The position numbers were made by a program, and so were the translations under genes. A DNA stretch of 64,000 nt, from NCBI GenBank assembly GCA_043827405.1, contig JBDRPD010000053.1:32001-96000 (forward strand), written 5' to 3'. Source of the stretch: Elusimicrobiota bacterium (lineage in GTDB: Bacteria; Elusimicrobiota; Elusimicrobia; UBA1565). Positions 37,701-47,229 of the stretch are shown piece by piece; position 1 is the first letter of the stretch; each line of letters starts with the position of its first letter. The notes under the pieces are model-generated. The model searched no databases. It was not told the DNA's origin and was given only the letters and a program-made list of their open reading frames with translations.

Positions 37701-39298
37701 GCGGCAAAAAAGCGGCACCCAAGCCGAAGGCCCCGGCCCGCCTGGAATTGGACGTCTCCTTTCGCGAGCCGTCCGGCAACCGGGCCTTGGACGCCGGCGA
37801 GGAAGGCGAGCTCGTCGTGAAGATCGCCAACCGCGGCAAGGGGAGCGCCTACGCGGTAAGGCTTCTCGCCGCGCTCGAGAAGCCGGCTCCGGGGCTGCGG
37901 CTCCCCCAGCCCCTGCTGGCGGGCGAGATCGCTCCGGGCAAATCGGTGACGCAGACATTGACGCTGCGCGCGACCGCCGGCATCGGCGCGCAGACGGTCA
38001 CGCTTAAGATCGAAGCGCGTGAAGGCAACGGGTTCGACGCCGCTCCCCAGGTCATCGAGTTCCAGTCCCGCGCGCTGGAGGCGCCGCGACTGGAGATCGC
38101 CGGCCTGTCGCTGGCGGGCCAAGGCGTGGTCAAGGTCAACATGGTCAATAAGCTGACGGTCAAGGTGCGCAACAGCGGCCGCGGCGCGGCGCGGGACGTC
38201 AAGGCCGAGCTTGCGCTCGGCAGCCCGGAGATATTCCCTTCCGGCGAGACCGCGTACGCGCTGGGCACGCTCGCGCCCGGACAGACGGCGAAGGCGGACT
38301 TCGAGTTCTTCGTCAACGCCCGCTTCAAGGGCAAGAAGCTGCCGCTCGCGCTGAGCCTCAGCGAGTCGTTCGGACGCTTCGGCGTGCGGGAACAGCCGCT
38401 GCACCTGGCATTGGACGAGGCGCCTTCAGCGGCGCTGATTCAAGTACAGGAGCGCGAGCGCGAGGGAGCGCCGGCCGCGCCGGCGACGGCGGACGTGGAC
38501 GCGCCCCCGCATACGGAGACCGCGCGTGATCCGGCGGCCTACGCCGTCGTCGTCGGCGTCGAGAAGTACCGGGAGAGCGGCCTCCCCGCCGTGGACTACG
38601 CGGCGCGCGACGCCCAGGCCGTGCACGCTTACTTGACGCAGTCCATGGGGTTCGACTCCCGCAATGTCATTTTGCTGCAGAACGAGAGCGCGGCGAAGAC
38701 CGATCTGGAAAAGTACCTCGGCGCGTGGCTCAACAACCGCGTGACGAAGAAGAGCCGGGTATTCGTATATTTTGCCGGCCACGGCGCCCCCGACCCCGCC
38801 ACCGGAGAGGGCTACCTCATCCCGTACGACGGTGACCCATCTTATACGAAGGAGACCGCCTATCCGCTCAAGAAGCTCTACGCGTCGCTGGCGAGCCTGC
38901 CCGCCGAGGAGGTGACCGTGGTCCTCGACTCCTGCTTCTCGGGCCGCGGCAAGCGGTCGGTCATCGCCAAGGGCGCGCGGCCGCTGGTGCTGACCAAATC
39001 CGAGAAGACGGCCGGGGAAAACACCGTCGTACTCAGCGCCGCCGGCGCCGACCAGATCAGCACCTTTCAACAGGACGCCGAGCACGGCCTGCTGACGTAT
39101 TATCTGCTGCGCGGCCTGCGCGGGGACGCCGACGCGGACGGCAACGGCCGCATCACGACCGGCGAGCTCTTCGCCTACACGCAGCCGGCGGTGGAGCGGG
39201 AGGCGCGGCTGCAGAACGTATCCCAGACGCCGACGCTGGACCCCGCGCTCGACGCGCTCGGGCGCCGCGCGAACCATGTCTGGATACGCCTGAAGTGA
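34736..39298 (+). CDS. Exported WD40 - Ig-like - WD40 - Ig-like - caspase-like (peptidase C14) protein
   Basis: GGAGG SD and signal peptide. Two WD40 regions, each followed by a duplicated EPSG..G..N.G.G.A..V...EGNGFDA segment. C-terminal YAVVVGVEKY, YFAGHG and LDSCFSG give the His-Cys dyad. Confidence 0.88.
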   Translation: MTAPQLVRVACAIAITLAPAAAFANPGDGSYELTAQISKTAFKVTGKKWYAKTLQFSADGGILIASGANSEDNVFRFWDVASGKLVAEIPEMQNDSKLAVTPDGQFLVLRSPTTLVLARAATGKIIQRVVIDPKAWSLSTTRLALTKDGGTVATQHGAKVRSWDVASGKERKPLAAASGKKDSEVTALAFTPDGGTLIGGINDDDRLHFWDMRTRKLRLAAPEPCALHVTQMAVSADGARLITVNLKGLLCAWDPRTLAMEGVLTRDVRVERPLLMSPDGNTLLYFDANHAFTLWDIEKERKKASFATSYGTNFAVSSDWKTAAVIGPIGDKSVRVFDVASGALRGVFSSEPETIDFTLDGKTLITGGYTSNLWEVSTGRRREFSSGNSYYSLAIAPDGKSFAACELYGTAHFYGITAAPTPQVPAPTAPALLSAEHAFSEPSGDGVLAAGESGTLRVTLRNTGRGAAHAVRVIPRLEPFAPGIQLSPEIVLQTLPPAATAALDIVVRATPELASGEAKIVVSVTEGNGFDAPPFAAAVKTRGFAPPRLGIAGVSLAGGGSVKKLATNRVAVTIRNSGEGPAQGVRAALAVADPNIFLESKEPVALGDLEPGGSKEAEFGFFINNRYSGAKELPITVGIEEAAGKYGVKPVSLRLALDEPAPDWSRAAAASGAEFKLKRMTLLRGDDELRYPVSSRDGKWAAAGSGGGSILVWDTATGERRAALKIKLGKHSELKPQAFTPDGDGLYAIADNNVYLLDLVNERSRPFWSGTRTRYETRETGSAFQPIATFSYNLLEAAALSPDGRMLALGGCYEKDEESILLDVETKAERVLPSGSGCVRHAVFSPKGRHLALGRESGGMVEVWDPAAAKRVSSWTTGKDAARALAFSPDGQTLATSFGEKDIALWDPATGARKGVLKGDGYAIGHLAYSPDGSWLVSTSYNNMTIWDAPASAPKEKLSTGYYRAFTFLPDGTLAAANAKSLILYSLYGGKKAAPKPKAPARLELDVSFREPSGNRALDAGEEGELVVKIANRGKGSAYAVRLLAALEKPAPGLRLPQPLLAGEIAPGKSVTQTLTLRATAGIGAQTVTLKIEAREGNGFDAAPQVIEFQSRALEAPRLEIAGLSLAGQGVVKVNMVNKLTVKVRNSGRGAARDVKAELALGSPEIFPSGETAYALGTLAPGQTAKADFEFFVNARFKGKKLPLALSLSESFGRFGVREQPLHLALDEAPSAALIQVQEREREGAPAAPATADVDAPPHTETARDPAAYAVVVGVEKYRESGLPAVDYAARDAQAVHAYLTQSMGFDSRNVILLQNESAAKTDLEKYLGAWLNNRVTKKSRVFVYFAGHGAPDPATGEGYLIPYDGDPSYTKETAYPLKKLYASLASLPAEEVTVVLDSCFSGRGKRSVIAKGARPLVLTKSEKTAGENTVVLSAAGADQISTFQQDAEHGLLTYYLLRGLRGDADADGNGRITTGELFAYTQPAVEREARLQNVSQTPTLDPALDALGRRANHVWIRLK

Positions 39299-39317
39299 CG
39301 CCCGGATCGCGTTAGGA

Positions 39318-41585
39318 TCAGCGCGGGCAGCCGCCCGGCGGGCGCAGCGGCAGGGCCGCGGCCCGCTGCGCACCGAGCCGCGCTTCCAGCTCCTTCTTAT
39401 CAGCGGCGCCGATCTCGACGCAGGTTACGGCCGCCAGCGGAAAGGAGCGGAAAATCTTCGCTTCGAGATAAGCATCCGTTTCCTCATCGATCAGGCGCCA
39501 AAGAGCGTCATCCGCGGACTCCGCGGCGAGGCGCAGGCGCTCGCGCGACTGCGCCTGCTCTCGATATCCGGCGACGGCCAGCGCCGCCAGCGCTTTGCCG
39601 TAGTCCGCGGCGACAACCGCGTCTTCGGCGAAGGCTTGGCGGGCGCGCGACAGCTGCTCTCCGGCGGGGCGGCTTTGCGGATCGATCCCCATGCGGCCGA
39701 GCAGGTTGGCGCCGGACCGGCGGGTCGCGAAGGAATTCTTCCAGGCCGCGCTCGACAAGTGCACGACGATCGGCCCATACATCTCCGCCCAATCATTTTG
39801 CCCGGCCCCCGCGAACAAGTAGTCCGCCGCGCCGTACAGCGCGTCTTCTCCGGCCGGTATCAGACCGGTCTTTACCTGGGACGCCCCCTTAAGACCGGCC
39901 ACCTGCTTGGGCGATAAAGCCAGGCCGTCTTCCGCCAGCAACGCGAACCGCGCGGCCCAGGTGCGAAAGAGGACGGGGGGATTGGAGGAGGAGACGCGCG
40001 CGACGAACGCTTTCTCGATAGCGCTGAGCGGCCTCAGCGCGTCGAGCATTTCCGCGACGGCCGGCGAAGAGAAGTCCGCCAGCGGCCGCTGCAGGGCTTC
40101 CTCCAACGGATGCCGGTAGGCGCGTTCTCCGGCTTCCAGCCGGAGCTTAAGGCGCTTGGCATAGGCGCGGGCGCCTGCATGACGCAGCACGGCGCGGGTC
40201 TCGGCTAGACGATGGTGCTTGAGCACGGGTTGCGGTTCGGGATAATCGGTGATAAGGTAAGCCGTTCCCAGACGCAGGCCCTTATCGGCGGCCGCCTTGG
40301 CCAGCGCGAAACCCTCGACATCGACCGTATCCGCGAGCGCCGCGGCACGTCTTAGAAACCGGCGCGTCTCAAGCAGCGGGCTCTCGACGGCGATATGGCA
40401 GGGCGGGCGGGCGTCGCCGGAAAGCTCGTTGGGGATATCCAATCGCTCGCCCGCTCGGGAGAGATAGCATGCGGGGTAAGCCAGGGAATAGGGAGGGAGA
40501 TAGGTCAGGGCGCCCGCCGACCCGGCGAAATAAAGGGTCTCAAACTCCACGCCCGATTCCACCAGGCGGGCGATGGATGCGCCGAGGCTTTCGCCGTACC
40601 AGCTGTCTTCAACAGCGACGGCGACCAAAGTAGTCGTCGCGACGCGGACGGTGAACGCTCGCCAGCCTTCCCCGCTCAGCTGCGCGGCGGGCGCGAGCTC
40701 TTCCTTGAGCTCATCGTAATAGCCGAGAGCGAGAACGTCGAATCGCCGCGGCAGCCCGGAGTTCTCCATAAACGGCGCGAGCAGCAGATCATCTCTCGAT
40801 CGGGGAGCGTGATCGTCAAGCCGGAAGACCCGCGGCGCGGCGCCTGCGAGAAGCACTTTAAGCAGCGCCAGCTCGTGCAGGTAAAGAGAGCGGTTCGCGA
40901 AACCGTCCAGGACGAGGGCGTATCCCCCCTCCCGGCAAGCGGAGAACCTGGCCCGGAACCCATTGGTGGTTCCCGGGAAATTGAGCAGGCGGGGAGCCGC
41001 GGCGGCGCAGTGCGGAGGCCAGGGAACGTCCGCCGCGGGAGAAGCCGCGATACGCAGGCCCTCTTCCGACGCCGACGAAGCCAAAGCGCCGAGCGCTCCC
41101 AGCCGGGAGTCCGCATAGCCGCGGGCATCCTCCATCGGCAGATCGGCCGGATCCGCCGCCGCGATTTCCTCCGGCCAGCCTTCCCGCAGCTCCCGCGAAG
41201 TCGACGCACCGGCGATGAACGGCGCGAAGAGCCGGACATCCGGCCGGCCGAAGTAGCGGAGAGTCCGCCGGCCCGCCTCCGCGAGGGCGGCGCGGCCGGC
41301 CGCATCCGATCCGGCGGCATAGCCCTCTTCGACACGGCGGATTAACTCGCGAATGGTGGGGTTGCCGGACCGCGTCTTCGCCTGGGCGGGCTCCAGACCT
41401 GCGGCCAGTTCGGGCGCGAGGCCATAGCGTCCCAGATAGTATTTAAGGCTCCAGGCGGCATCGATCGCGGCCCGGCGGACCGCGGCGTCCTCGGGATTCT
41501 TTCCCGCCGGCGTCCGCACCGGAGCCGCTGCGCAGCCGGCCGCCAGCAGGACCGCGAGCGGGAGGAACAGCCGGCCGCGGGTCAT
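39318..41585 (-). CDS. Putative lipoprotein with a nucleoside-phosphorylase-like central domain
   Basis: Lipobox LAAGC after ATG 41585. Motifs FAGSAGAL, VDVEGFALA and LITD resemble the PNP/MTAN fold. The C-terminal domain is unassigned. Confidence 0.55.
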   Translation of the reverse strand: MTRGRLFLPLAVLLAAGCAAAPVRTPAGKNPEDAAVRRAAIDAAWSLKYYLGRYGLAPELAAGLEPAQAKTRSGNPTIRELIRRVEEGYAAGSDAAGRAALAEAGRRTLRYFGRPDVRLFAPFIAGASTSRELREGWPEEIAAADPADLPMEDARGYADSRLGALGALASSASEEGLRIAASPAADVPWPPHCAAAAPRLLNFPGTTNGFRARFSACREGGYALVLDGFANRSLYLHELALLKVLLAGAAPRVFRLDDHAPRSRDDLLLAPFMENSGLPRRFDVLALGYYDELKEELAPAAQLSGEGWRAFTVRVATTTLVAVAVEDSWYGESLGASIARLVESGVEFETLYFAGSAGALTYLPPYSLAYPACYLSRAGERLDIPNELSGDARPPCHIAVESPLLETRRFLRRAAALADTVDVEGFALAKAAADKGLRLGTAYLITDYPEPQPVLKHHRLAETRAVLRHAGARAYAKRLKLRLEAGERAYRHPLEEALQRPLADFSSPAVAEMLDALRPLSAIEKAFVARVSSSNPPVLFRTWAARFALLAEDGLALSPKQVAGLKGASQVKTGLIPAGEDALYGAADYLFAGAGQNDWAEMYGPIVVHLSSAAWKNSFATRRSGANLLGRMGIDPQSRPAGEQLSRARQAFAEDAVVAADYGKALAALAVAGYREQAQSRERLRLAAESADDALWRLIDEETDAYLEAKIFRSFPLAAVTCVEIGAADKKELEARLGAQRAAALPLRPPGGCPR

Positions 41586-42274
41586 TTGCATCCCGCCGCT
41601 GCCAGCCGCTGCAGCAGCGCGCGCTGCGCCGGGTGCCAGGCGCATGCGGGCCGGGCCGCGACGATCATACTCTCCGCCTCGGCGACATCCTTGGCCACGC
41701 CGCGCAGCAGCAGCACCGCCGCCGCCAGAGCCGCCGATCGCCCATGACCGTTAGCGCAGTGGATGAATACGCCCCCCTCAGCCGACGCCGCCTGGCGTGC
41801 GAGCTCCATGAACGCGCCTTCCTCCGGCACAAAGGCATCAAGAGTCGGCAGTGACTTATACCCGCGGCGCGGCGCGTATTTAAGCCGGGGGAACTCGCTG
41901 GTCATATCGATAATTAATGTCACCGCCTCCGGGAGCTCCCTTTCGTAAGCGCGCCGCCCTAAAAACAAACCGGGAACGATCTCGTCCAGCACGTTTTCTC
42001 GTGAGAAAAATATCTGCGCGTGCCAGGTCGCCCAATTGATGAGCAGAAAGGGCAGCATGAGGACAACGATCCACCAGCGCATGGTGCCGTCATCGCGCTT
42101 GCCGAATACCCGTCCTGCCAAACCGAAATAAGCGCTGCCGACGGCCAGGCAGTTGGCGGCGGGCCACAGCATCAGCTGCTTCCAGCCGCCGCCGTCAAGC
42201 GACCAATAGACAAGCAGGGCGCCGATCGAGAGGAAGGCGGCGGCTATCAGTTGGTGGGGGCGCTTGCGGCGCAT
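41582..42274 (-). CDS. Membrane-associated dual-specificity (Cys-based) phosphatase, YnbD-like
   Basis: N-terminal TM segments, EIVPGLFLGR and the HCANGHGRS (CX5R) motif. Confidence 0.85.
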   Translation of the reverse strand: MRRKRPHQLIAAAFLSIGALLVYWSLDGGGWKQLMLWPAANCLAVGSAYFGLAGRVFGKRDDGTMRWWIVVLMLPFLLINWATWHAQIFFSRENVLDEIVPGLFLGRRAYERELPEAVTLIIDMTSEFPRLKYAPRRGYKSLPTLDAFVPEEGAFMELARQAASAEGGVFIHCANGHGRSAALAAAVLLLRGVAKDVAEAESMIVAARPACAWHPAQRALLQRLAAAGCK

Positions 42275-42285
42275 GCTTTACACCC

Positions 42286-43017
42286 TCAAGCGGTCTTTTT
42301 CGCCGTCTTTTTCAGCTCACGGTCCCAGTGCTTGTTGGCGTTGCGGATATAGACATCGTGCGCGATGAGCGGCTTCTCGAGCACGGCGCGGGTCGGCTCG
42401 GAGATCGCGCCGTTTTCGACGACTTCCCGTCCCGCCGCCCGCACGGCCTTCATGTAGCCGCGCAGCATGAACCGCAGCATCGCCGACTCCACCCTGAGGA
42501 GCTCGCCCTCCCCGCGGTAGATCTCGGCGATGACCTCCGAGTGCATATTGCGCGCGATCCGCCGGAACAGCAGCTTCAGCACCTGGAAATGACTCTGCTC
42601 GGGGAAGCCGCAGTTGGAGATGACGACGATCTTCGGCACGCCGACGGCCTTGACGTGCCGGTACTCGCCCGCCGAATCCTTCGCAAAATGAGGATCAATG
42701 AGCGGCACCATCCGGTCCATGAAATTCTTCATCAGGCCCGAGACGTTGTCGACGTAGAGCGGCGTCGCGAAGACTACGATGTCGCTGTGCGCGAACCGGG
42801 GCAGCAGCTCGGCCATATCGTCCGGCATCGCGCATTTGCCGGGAGTTCGCGTCCAACACTTGAAGCAGCCGCGGCAGTGCTTGATCTTCTTCTCCGCGAG
42901 CAGGACATTCTCGACTTCGGCGCCGGCCGCGGCGGCGCCGCCGAGGAACGCCTCCACGAGAATATGGGTATTCCCCTTGCTTGCGCGCGCGCTGCCGTTG
43001 AAGGCCGTGATTTTCAT
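42286..43017 (-). CDS. Flavodoxin family / iron-sulfur flavoprotein
   Basis: NGSAR..GNT, CRGCFKCW...C, FATPLY and MKNFMDR. Confidence 0.88.
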   Translation of the reverse strand: MKITAFNGSARASKGNTHILVEAFLGGAAAAGAEVENVLLAEKKIKHCRGCFKCWTRTPGKCAMPDDMAELLPRFAHSDIVVFATPLYVDNVSGLMKNFMDRMVPLIDPHFAKDSAGEYRHVKAVGVPKIVVISNCGFPEQSHFQVLKLLFRRIARNMHSEVIAEIYRGEGELLRVESAMLRFMLRGYMKAVRAAGREVVENGAISEPTRAVLEKPLIAHDVYIRNANKHWDRELKKTAKKTA

Positions 43018-44411
43018 TCGGCGAGCACCCCCGCTTTCTTAAGGGCCGCATAGACGTTCTGCGCCAGGAGCTGGTTGCCCACGGGTTTGAGGTGGTCGTC
43101 GTCTTCCATGTACTTCGTGCGCGGCTCCTTGGCGAAGAGCTCGGAATAGAACTTCTCATTGTCGATGAGCGGCAGATCGTATTTCTTCGCGACCTGCGCG
43201 ATAATCCGGTTCGCGCTCTTGTAGGTCACCGGATAGTTCTGCACCACGACCTTGACGTTCTTCTCCCGGCTCATGCGCACGATCTCGTCCCAGGTCTCGA
43301 GCCGCTTGCGGTCGACGTAGCGGTCCATCTCCTCGCGGTCGAGCAGGATCTTGCGAAAATGGCGAAAGTACTCGTTGTGCGCCAGCTGCGGGTGCTTCTT
43401 CTCGGACTCCCGCAGCACCTTGAGGACATCGTCCGCCGTATAACGGCTCTGGACCCGGTAGGCCTGGGTGAAGTGGTAGTTCGCCGAGTTGAAGTAGTCG
43501 TTCCAGAAATCCTCGGGGAAGGTCTGCGCGATATCGAGCAGCAGCGCGAAAAGGTCGTCGTAGCGGTGCTGCAGCTGGTAGAACCGGCCGGCGTAATCGG
43601 TCAGCAGGTCGGTAAAATCGCCGATGACCTCGATGTCGAAATCCGCCTGCTGGATATCATCGGCGAAGGCGGTCTCAATCTTCGCCGCGAGCTCCGGGGC
43701 TAGATTTCTGTGCGGATCCCCGTCCAGGCTTTTTTTGTGCTGCTCGTAGACGTCCAGCAGCAGCTTAAACTTCTCCTCGTTGCTCGCGGGAGCTCCCCCC
43801 GCGTCGATCCCGTGCCGCGCCGCCAGGTTCAGCTTGATGTGCCGGTAGACCTTATAGAGCCGCAGCGTATACAGCCATCCGCGCGGCAGCACGTCGTACC
43901 AGAAGGTATCGTCCTTGAGCTTGCGCTCGCGGATCAGCGGGATATTGAACATGTCGGCGGCGCCGACCAGGATGACGACCGCATCGGGGAGCTGCTCGGG
44001 CGGATTCGTCTCCAGGTAGTGCTTCAGCTTAAGCGCCACCCCGAAGGTGCTGTCTTCGCAGTAGCCGAGATTGTAGACCGCCGTCCACTCTCCGGCGTCG
44101 GCGAAATTCCTGTACAGGTAGTATGGATAGCTGTGGTAGCTCTTGACGTTGCCGCCGTTGGTCAGGCTGTCCCCCAGCGTGAGGATCAGCCGGTCCCGCT
44201 TCGCCTCCGGCCGGTACCGCTCGAAGGTCTCATCGACATGATAGACCCGCTCCTCGAACGGCGGGACGAACTCGCGCTGGCGGGCGGCGGTCACCGCGAA
44301 ACCGGTCAGCCGCAGGCCGGCCTCAAGAACCGCGAGACAAAAGAGGAGGCTCCCGCCGAGTACCGCGAACTTGACGCGCATGGAGTTTCGGTATTTAGCC
44401 AGCTTTCCCAT
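43014..44411 (-). CDS. Membrane-anchored SGNH/GDSL hydrolase, paralogue 2
   Basis: TM anchor, LGDSLTNG and DDDHLKPVGN. Confidence 0.85.
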   Translation of the reverse strand: MGKLAKYRNSMRVKFAVLGGSLLFCLAVLEAGLRLTGFAVTAARQREFVPPFEERVYHVDETFERYRPEAKRDRLILTLGDSLTNGGNVKSYHSYPYYLYRNFADAGEWTAVYNLGYCEDSTFGVALKLKHYLETNPPEQLPDAVVILVGAADMFNIPLIRERKLKDDTFWYDVLPRGWLYTLRLYKVYRHIKLNLAARHGIDAGGAPASNEEKFKLLLDVYEQHKKSLDGDPHRNLAPELAAKIETAFADDIQQADFDIEVIGDFTDLLTDYAGRFYQLQHRYDDLFALLLDIAQTFPEDFWNDYFNSANYHFTQAYRVQSRYTADDVLKVLRESEKKHPQLAHNEYFRHFRKILLDREEMDRYVDRKRLETWDEIVRMSREKNVKVVVQNYPVTYKSANRIIAQVAKKYDLPLIDNEKFYSELFAKEPRTKYMEDDDHLKPVGNQLLAQNVYAALKKAGVLAE

Positions 44412-44420
44412 CGTTAAAGC

Positions 44421-45782
44421 TTATCTTTTTGCGCCCGCGAGCGCCGCGTAGACGCCGCGCGCCAGCTGCTCATAGCCGGCCGGCGTCAGGTGATCGTCGT
44501 CGACCAGGTACGCCTCCCGCCCGTCCTTGGCGATCAGCTCGCCGAACCGCGAGCGGTTGTCGATCAGCGGCAGGCCGTGCTTCTCGGCGACGCGGCCGAT
44601 AATCCGGTTGGCGCTCTTGTAGACCACCGGATAGTTCTGCAGGATCAGCGTGATCTGCTGCTCCCGCGCCAAGCGCGCGATCTCGTCCCAGGCCTCCATC
44701 CGCTTGCGGTCCACGTACTCATTCATCTCCTCGCGGTCCTCGAGCAGCTTCATGAAGTGCTGAAAGTGCTCATTGGCCGCGAGCGCGGGGTGCATATCCT
44801 TTGATTTTACCAGCGCCGCGCGCACCTCTTGCGCCGTAAAGCGGCTCTGCACGCGGTAGGTCTGAATAAGGTTGTAGGATGCGGTATTGTCGGAAACCGC
44901 CAAATCGGGCCAAAAATCCCGCGGCAGGCTGACGGCCATATCCAGCAGCAGCGCGAAGAACTCGTCGTACCTGTGGCGCACCGTATACACGCGGCCCGCG
45001 TAATTGGACATCATCTCCAAAAAATCCGGAACGCTCTCGAAGTCGAAGTCGCCATGCTGGACGTCGCCGCCGAAAGCCGCCCGCAGTTCCCGCGCCGACG
45101 CGGGGGCCAGCGGTCCGCCGTGCTTAAGCTGCTCGAACACCTTGCGCAGCAGCGCCAGCTTCTCCTCGTTGGTCTTGCGGTCCGCACCCGGAACGGAACG
45201 GGGCGTCGCGAGGCTTAGACGAATATGCCGGTAGACTTTATAGAGCCGCAGCGAATACCAGCCGCCGCCGGGCGGAACGTCGTGCCAGAAGGCGTCGTCC
45301 CGAAGCCGGCGGGCGCGCAGCAGCGGGATATTGAACAGGTCCGCGGCGCCGACCAGGATGACGATCGCGTCGGGCTTGCGCTCGGGCCCGGCCGTGCGCA
45401 GGTAGTTCTTCAGCTTCAATGCCACCCCGAAGGTGCTGTCCTCGCAATAGCCGAGGTTGTAAACCGCGGCGCGGCGCCCCGCGTCGGCGAAGCTCTGGTA
45501 AAGGTAGTACGGATAGCTCTGGCGGCTGCGCACATTGCCGCCGTTGGTCAGAGAGTCGCCGAAGGTCAGCACCAGATAATCCCCCTCGCGGCGCGGATTA
45601 AAGCGCTCGAAGGAATCGTCGTGGTGCAGCCCCTCGTCGGGCAGGAACTCCCGCTGCCGCGAGGACGTGACGGCGAAGCCCGTCAGCCGCAGCCCGAGCT
45701 CGGCGGCCGCGAGGCATAACAGCAGGCTGCCCGTAAAAACCGCGAGCTTGGCTCCGCGCGAGTTGCGGTATTTCTCCATCAT
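44421..45782 (-). CDS. Membrane-anchored SGNH/GDSL hydrolase, paralogue 3
   Basis: TM anchor, FGDSLTNG and DDDHLTPAGY. Confidence 0.85.
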   Translation of the reverse strand: MMEKYRNSRGAKLAVFTGSLLLCLAAAELGLRLTGFAVTSSRQREFLPDEGLHHDDSFERFNPRREGDYLVLTFGDSLTNGGNVRSRQSYPYYLYQSFADAGRRAAVYNLGYCEDSTFGVALKLKNYLRTAGPERKPDAIVILVGAADLFNIPLLRARRLRDDAFWHDVPPGGGWYSLRLYKVYRHIRLSLATPRSVPGADRKTNEEKLALLRKVFEQLKHGGPLAPASARELRAAFGGDVQHGDFDFESVPDFLEMMSNYAGRVYTVRHRYDEFFALLLDMAVSLPRDFWPDLAVSDNTASYNLIQTYRVQSRFTAQEVRAALVKSKDMHPALAANEHFQHFMKLLEDREEMNEYVDRKRMEAWDEIARLAREQQITLILQNYPVVYKSANRIIGRVAEKHGLPLIDNRSRFGELIAKDGREAYLVDDDHLTPAGYEQLARGVYAALAGAKR

Positions 45783-47173
45783 GACGGGAATTTCAACCCC
45801 GCCAGTTTTTCATACACATTGCGCGCCAGCAGCTCATTGCCGAGCGGGGTCAAATGATCGTCGTCTTCGAAGTACTTGGCACGGCCGTCCTTGGCGATCA
45901 GCTCGGCGAAGAACCTTGCGTTGTCGATGAGCGGCAGCTGGTGGCGCTCGGCGACACGCCGTAAAACCTCGTTGGCGCTCTTGTAGGTCACCGGATAATT
46001 CTGCAAAACCACCTGAATGCCCTTCTCCCGGGCCAGCCGCACAATCTCGTCCCATGCCTCCTCGCGCATGCGGTCGACTTGGCGGTCCACCTTATCCCGG
46101 TGGAGCAGGATGCTCTGGAAGTGGCGAAACGAATCATTGCCGCGCAGGTAGGCATGTTCCGCGGCGGACCGTTCGAGAACTTTGAGAATCTCGTCGGCGG
46201 TACGCGCGCTCTGCACCCGGTAGGCCTGCACCAGGTTGTAGTTCGCCGTGTCCTCGTCATTGACGCCGGGCTCCGCCCAGAAATCGCGCGGGAAGGCAAC
46301 GGCGACGTCCAGCAGCAGGCCGAAGAACTTGTCGTAGCGGTGGCTCGCCGTATACACCCGGCCGGCATAGCTGGTCAGCAGATCCAGGAACTCCGCCGTC
46401 CTTGAAAAGTCGAGCGGAGAGTAGCGGAGATCATCGGCGAAGGCCGCCTCGATCTTCTCGACGAGCTCGGGAGCCAACGGCCCTCGCTTCCCCTTATGCC
46501 GCTGGTAGGCATCCAGCAGCACCGCGAGCTTCCGCTCGCTGGCCGTCCGGTCCGCCGGCGCTCCGCCCACGCCGCGCCGAACGCCCAGATTGAGCCGGAT
46601 ATGGCGATAGACCTTGTACAACCGCAGCGCACGCAGCCCCCCTTGGGGCAGCATATCCTGCCAGTAGGTATCGTCGCGAAAATGCCCCTGCTGGATGAGC
46701 GGGATATTAAACATATCCGCGGCGCCGACCAGGAAGACGGCGGCGTCGGGCAGCTCGTCGGCCGGATGCGTCTGGATATAGGCTTTCAGCTTCATCGCCG
46801 AGCCGAATGTGCTGTCTTCGCAGTAGCCCATATTATAGACCGACGTGCGGCGTCCGGCCTGGGCGAAGTTTTTATAGAGGAAGTAGGGGTAGCTGTGGTA
46901 GCTCGCGACATTGCCGCCGTTGGTCAGCGAATCGCCGAGCGCCAGGATCAGCAGCTCGCGCTTGCCGTCCGCACGGTAGCGTTCAAAAGTAACGTCGTCG
47001 TCATCCGCCGCGTCCGCAAACGGCGGGACAAACCGGCGCTGCCGGGAAGCCGTTACCGCATAGCCGGTCAGCCGCAGGCCGGCTTCAACGACGGCGAGGC
47101 AGACAAACAGGCTGGCGCCGAATATCGCGAGCTTGACGCCGAGCGAATTATTGAATTTACCGAGCTGTTTCAT
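45779..47173 (-). CDS. Membrane-anchored SGNH/GDSL hydrolase, paralogue 4
   Basis: TM anchor, LGDSLTNG and DDDHLTPLGN. Confidence 0.85.
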   Translation of the reverse strand: MKQLGKFNNSLGVKLAIFGASLFVCLAVVEAGLRLTGYAVTASRQRRFVPPFADAADDDDVTFERYRADGKRELLILALGDSLTNGGNVASYHSYPYFLYKNFAQAGRRTSVYNMGYCEDSTFGSAMKLKAYIQTHPADELPDAAVFLVGAADMFNIPLIQQGHFRDDTYWQDMLPQGGLRALRLYKVYRHIRLNLGVRRGVGGAPADRTASERKLAVLLDAYQRHKGKRGPLAPELVEKIEAAFADDLRYSPLDFSRTAEFLDLLTSYAGRVYTASHRYDKFFGLLLDVAVAFPRDFWAEPGVNDEDTANYNLVQAYRVQSARTADEILKVLERSAAEHAYLRGNDSFRHFQSILLHRDKVDRQVDRMREEAWDEIVRLAREKGIQVVLQNYPVTYKSANEVLRRVAERHQLPLIDNARFFAELIAKDGRAKYFEDDDHLTPLGNELLARNVYEKLAGLKFPS

Positions 47174-47190
47174 CGGTGAGAGAGTATTTT

Positions 47191-47228
47191 ACTATAGCCC
47201 TCACCGACGGGCCGTGTCAATGAGGGCT
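47191..47228 (-). promoter_or_regulatory. Sigma70-type promoter with an overlapping inverted repeat, upstream of the SGNH operon
   Basis: Minus strand TTGACA (47220-47215), 18-nt spacer, TATAGT (47196-47191). The inverted repeat AGCCCTCA-N17-TGAGGGCT spans 47196-47228. Confidence 0.6.
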
Positions 47229-47229
47229 T

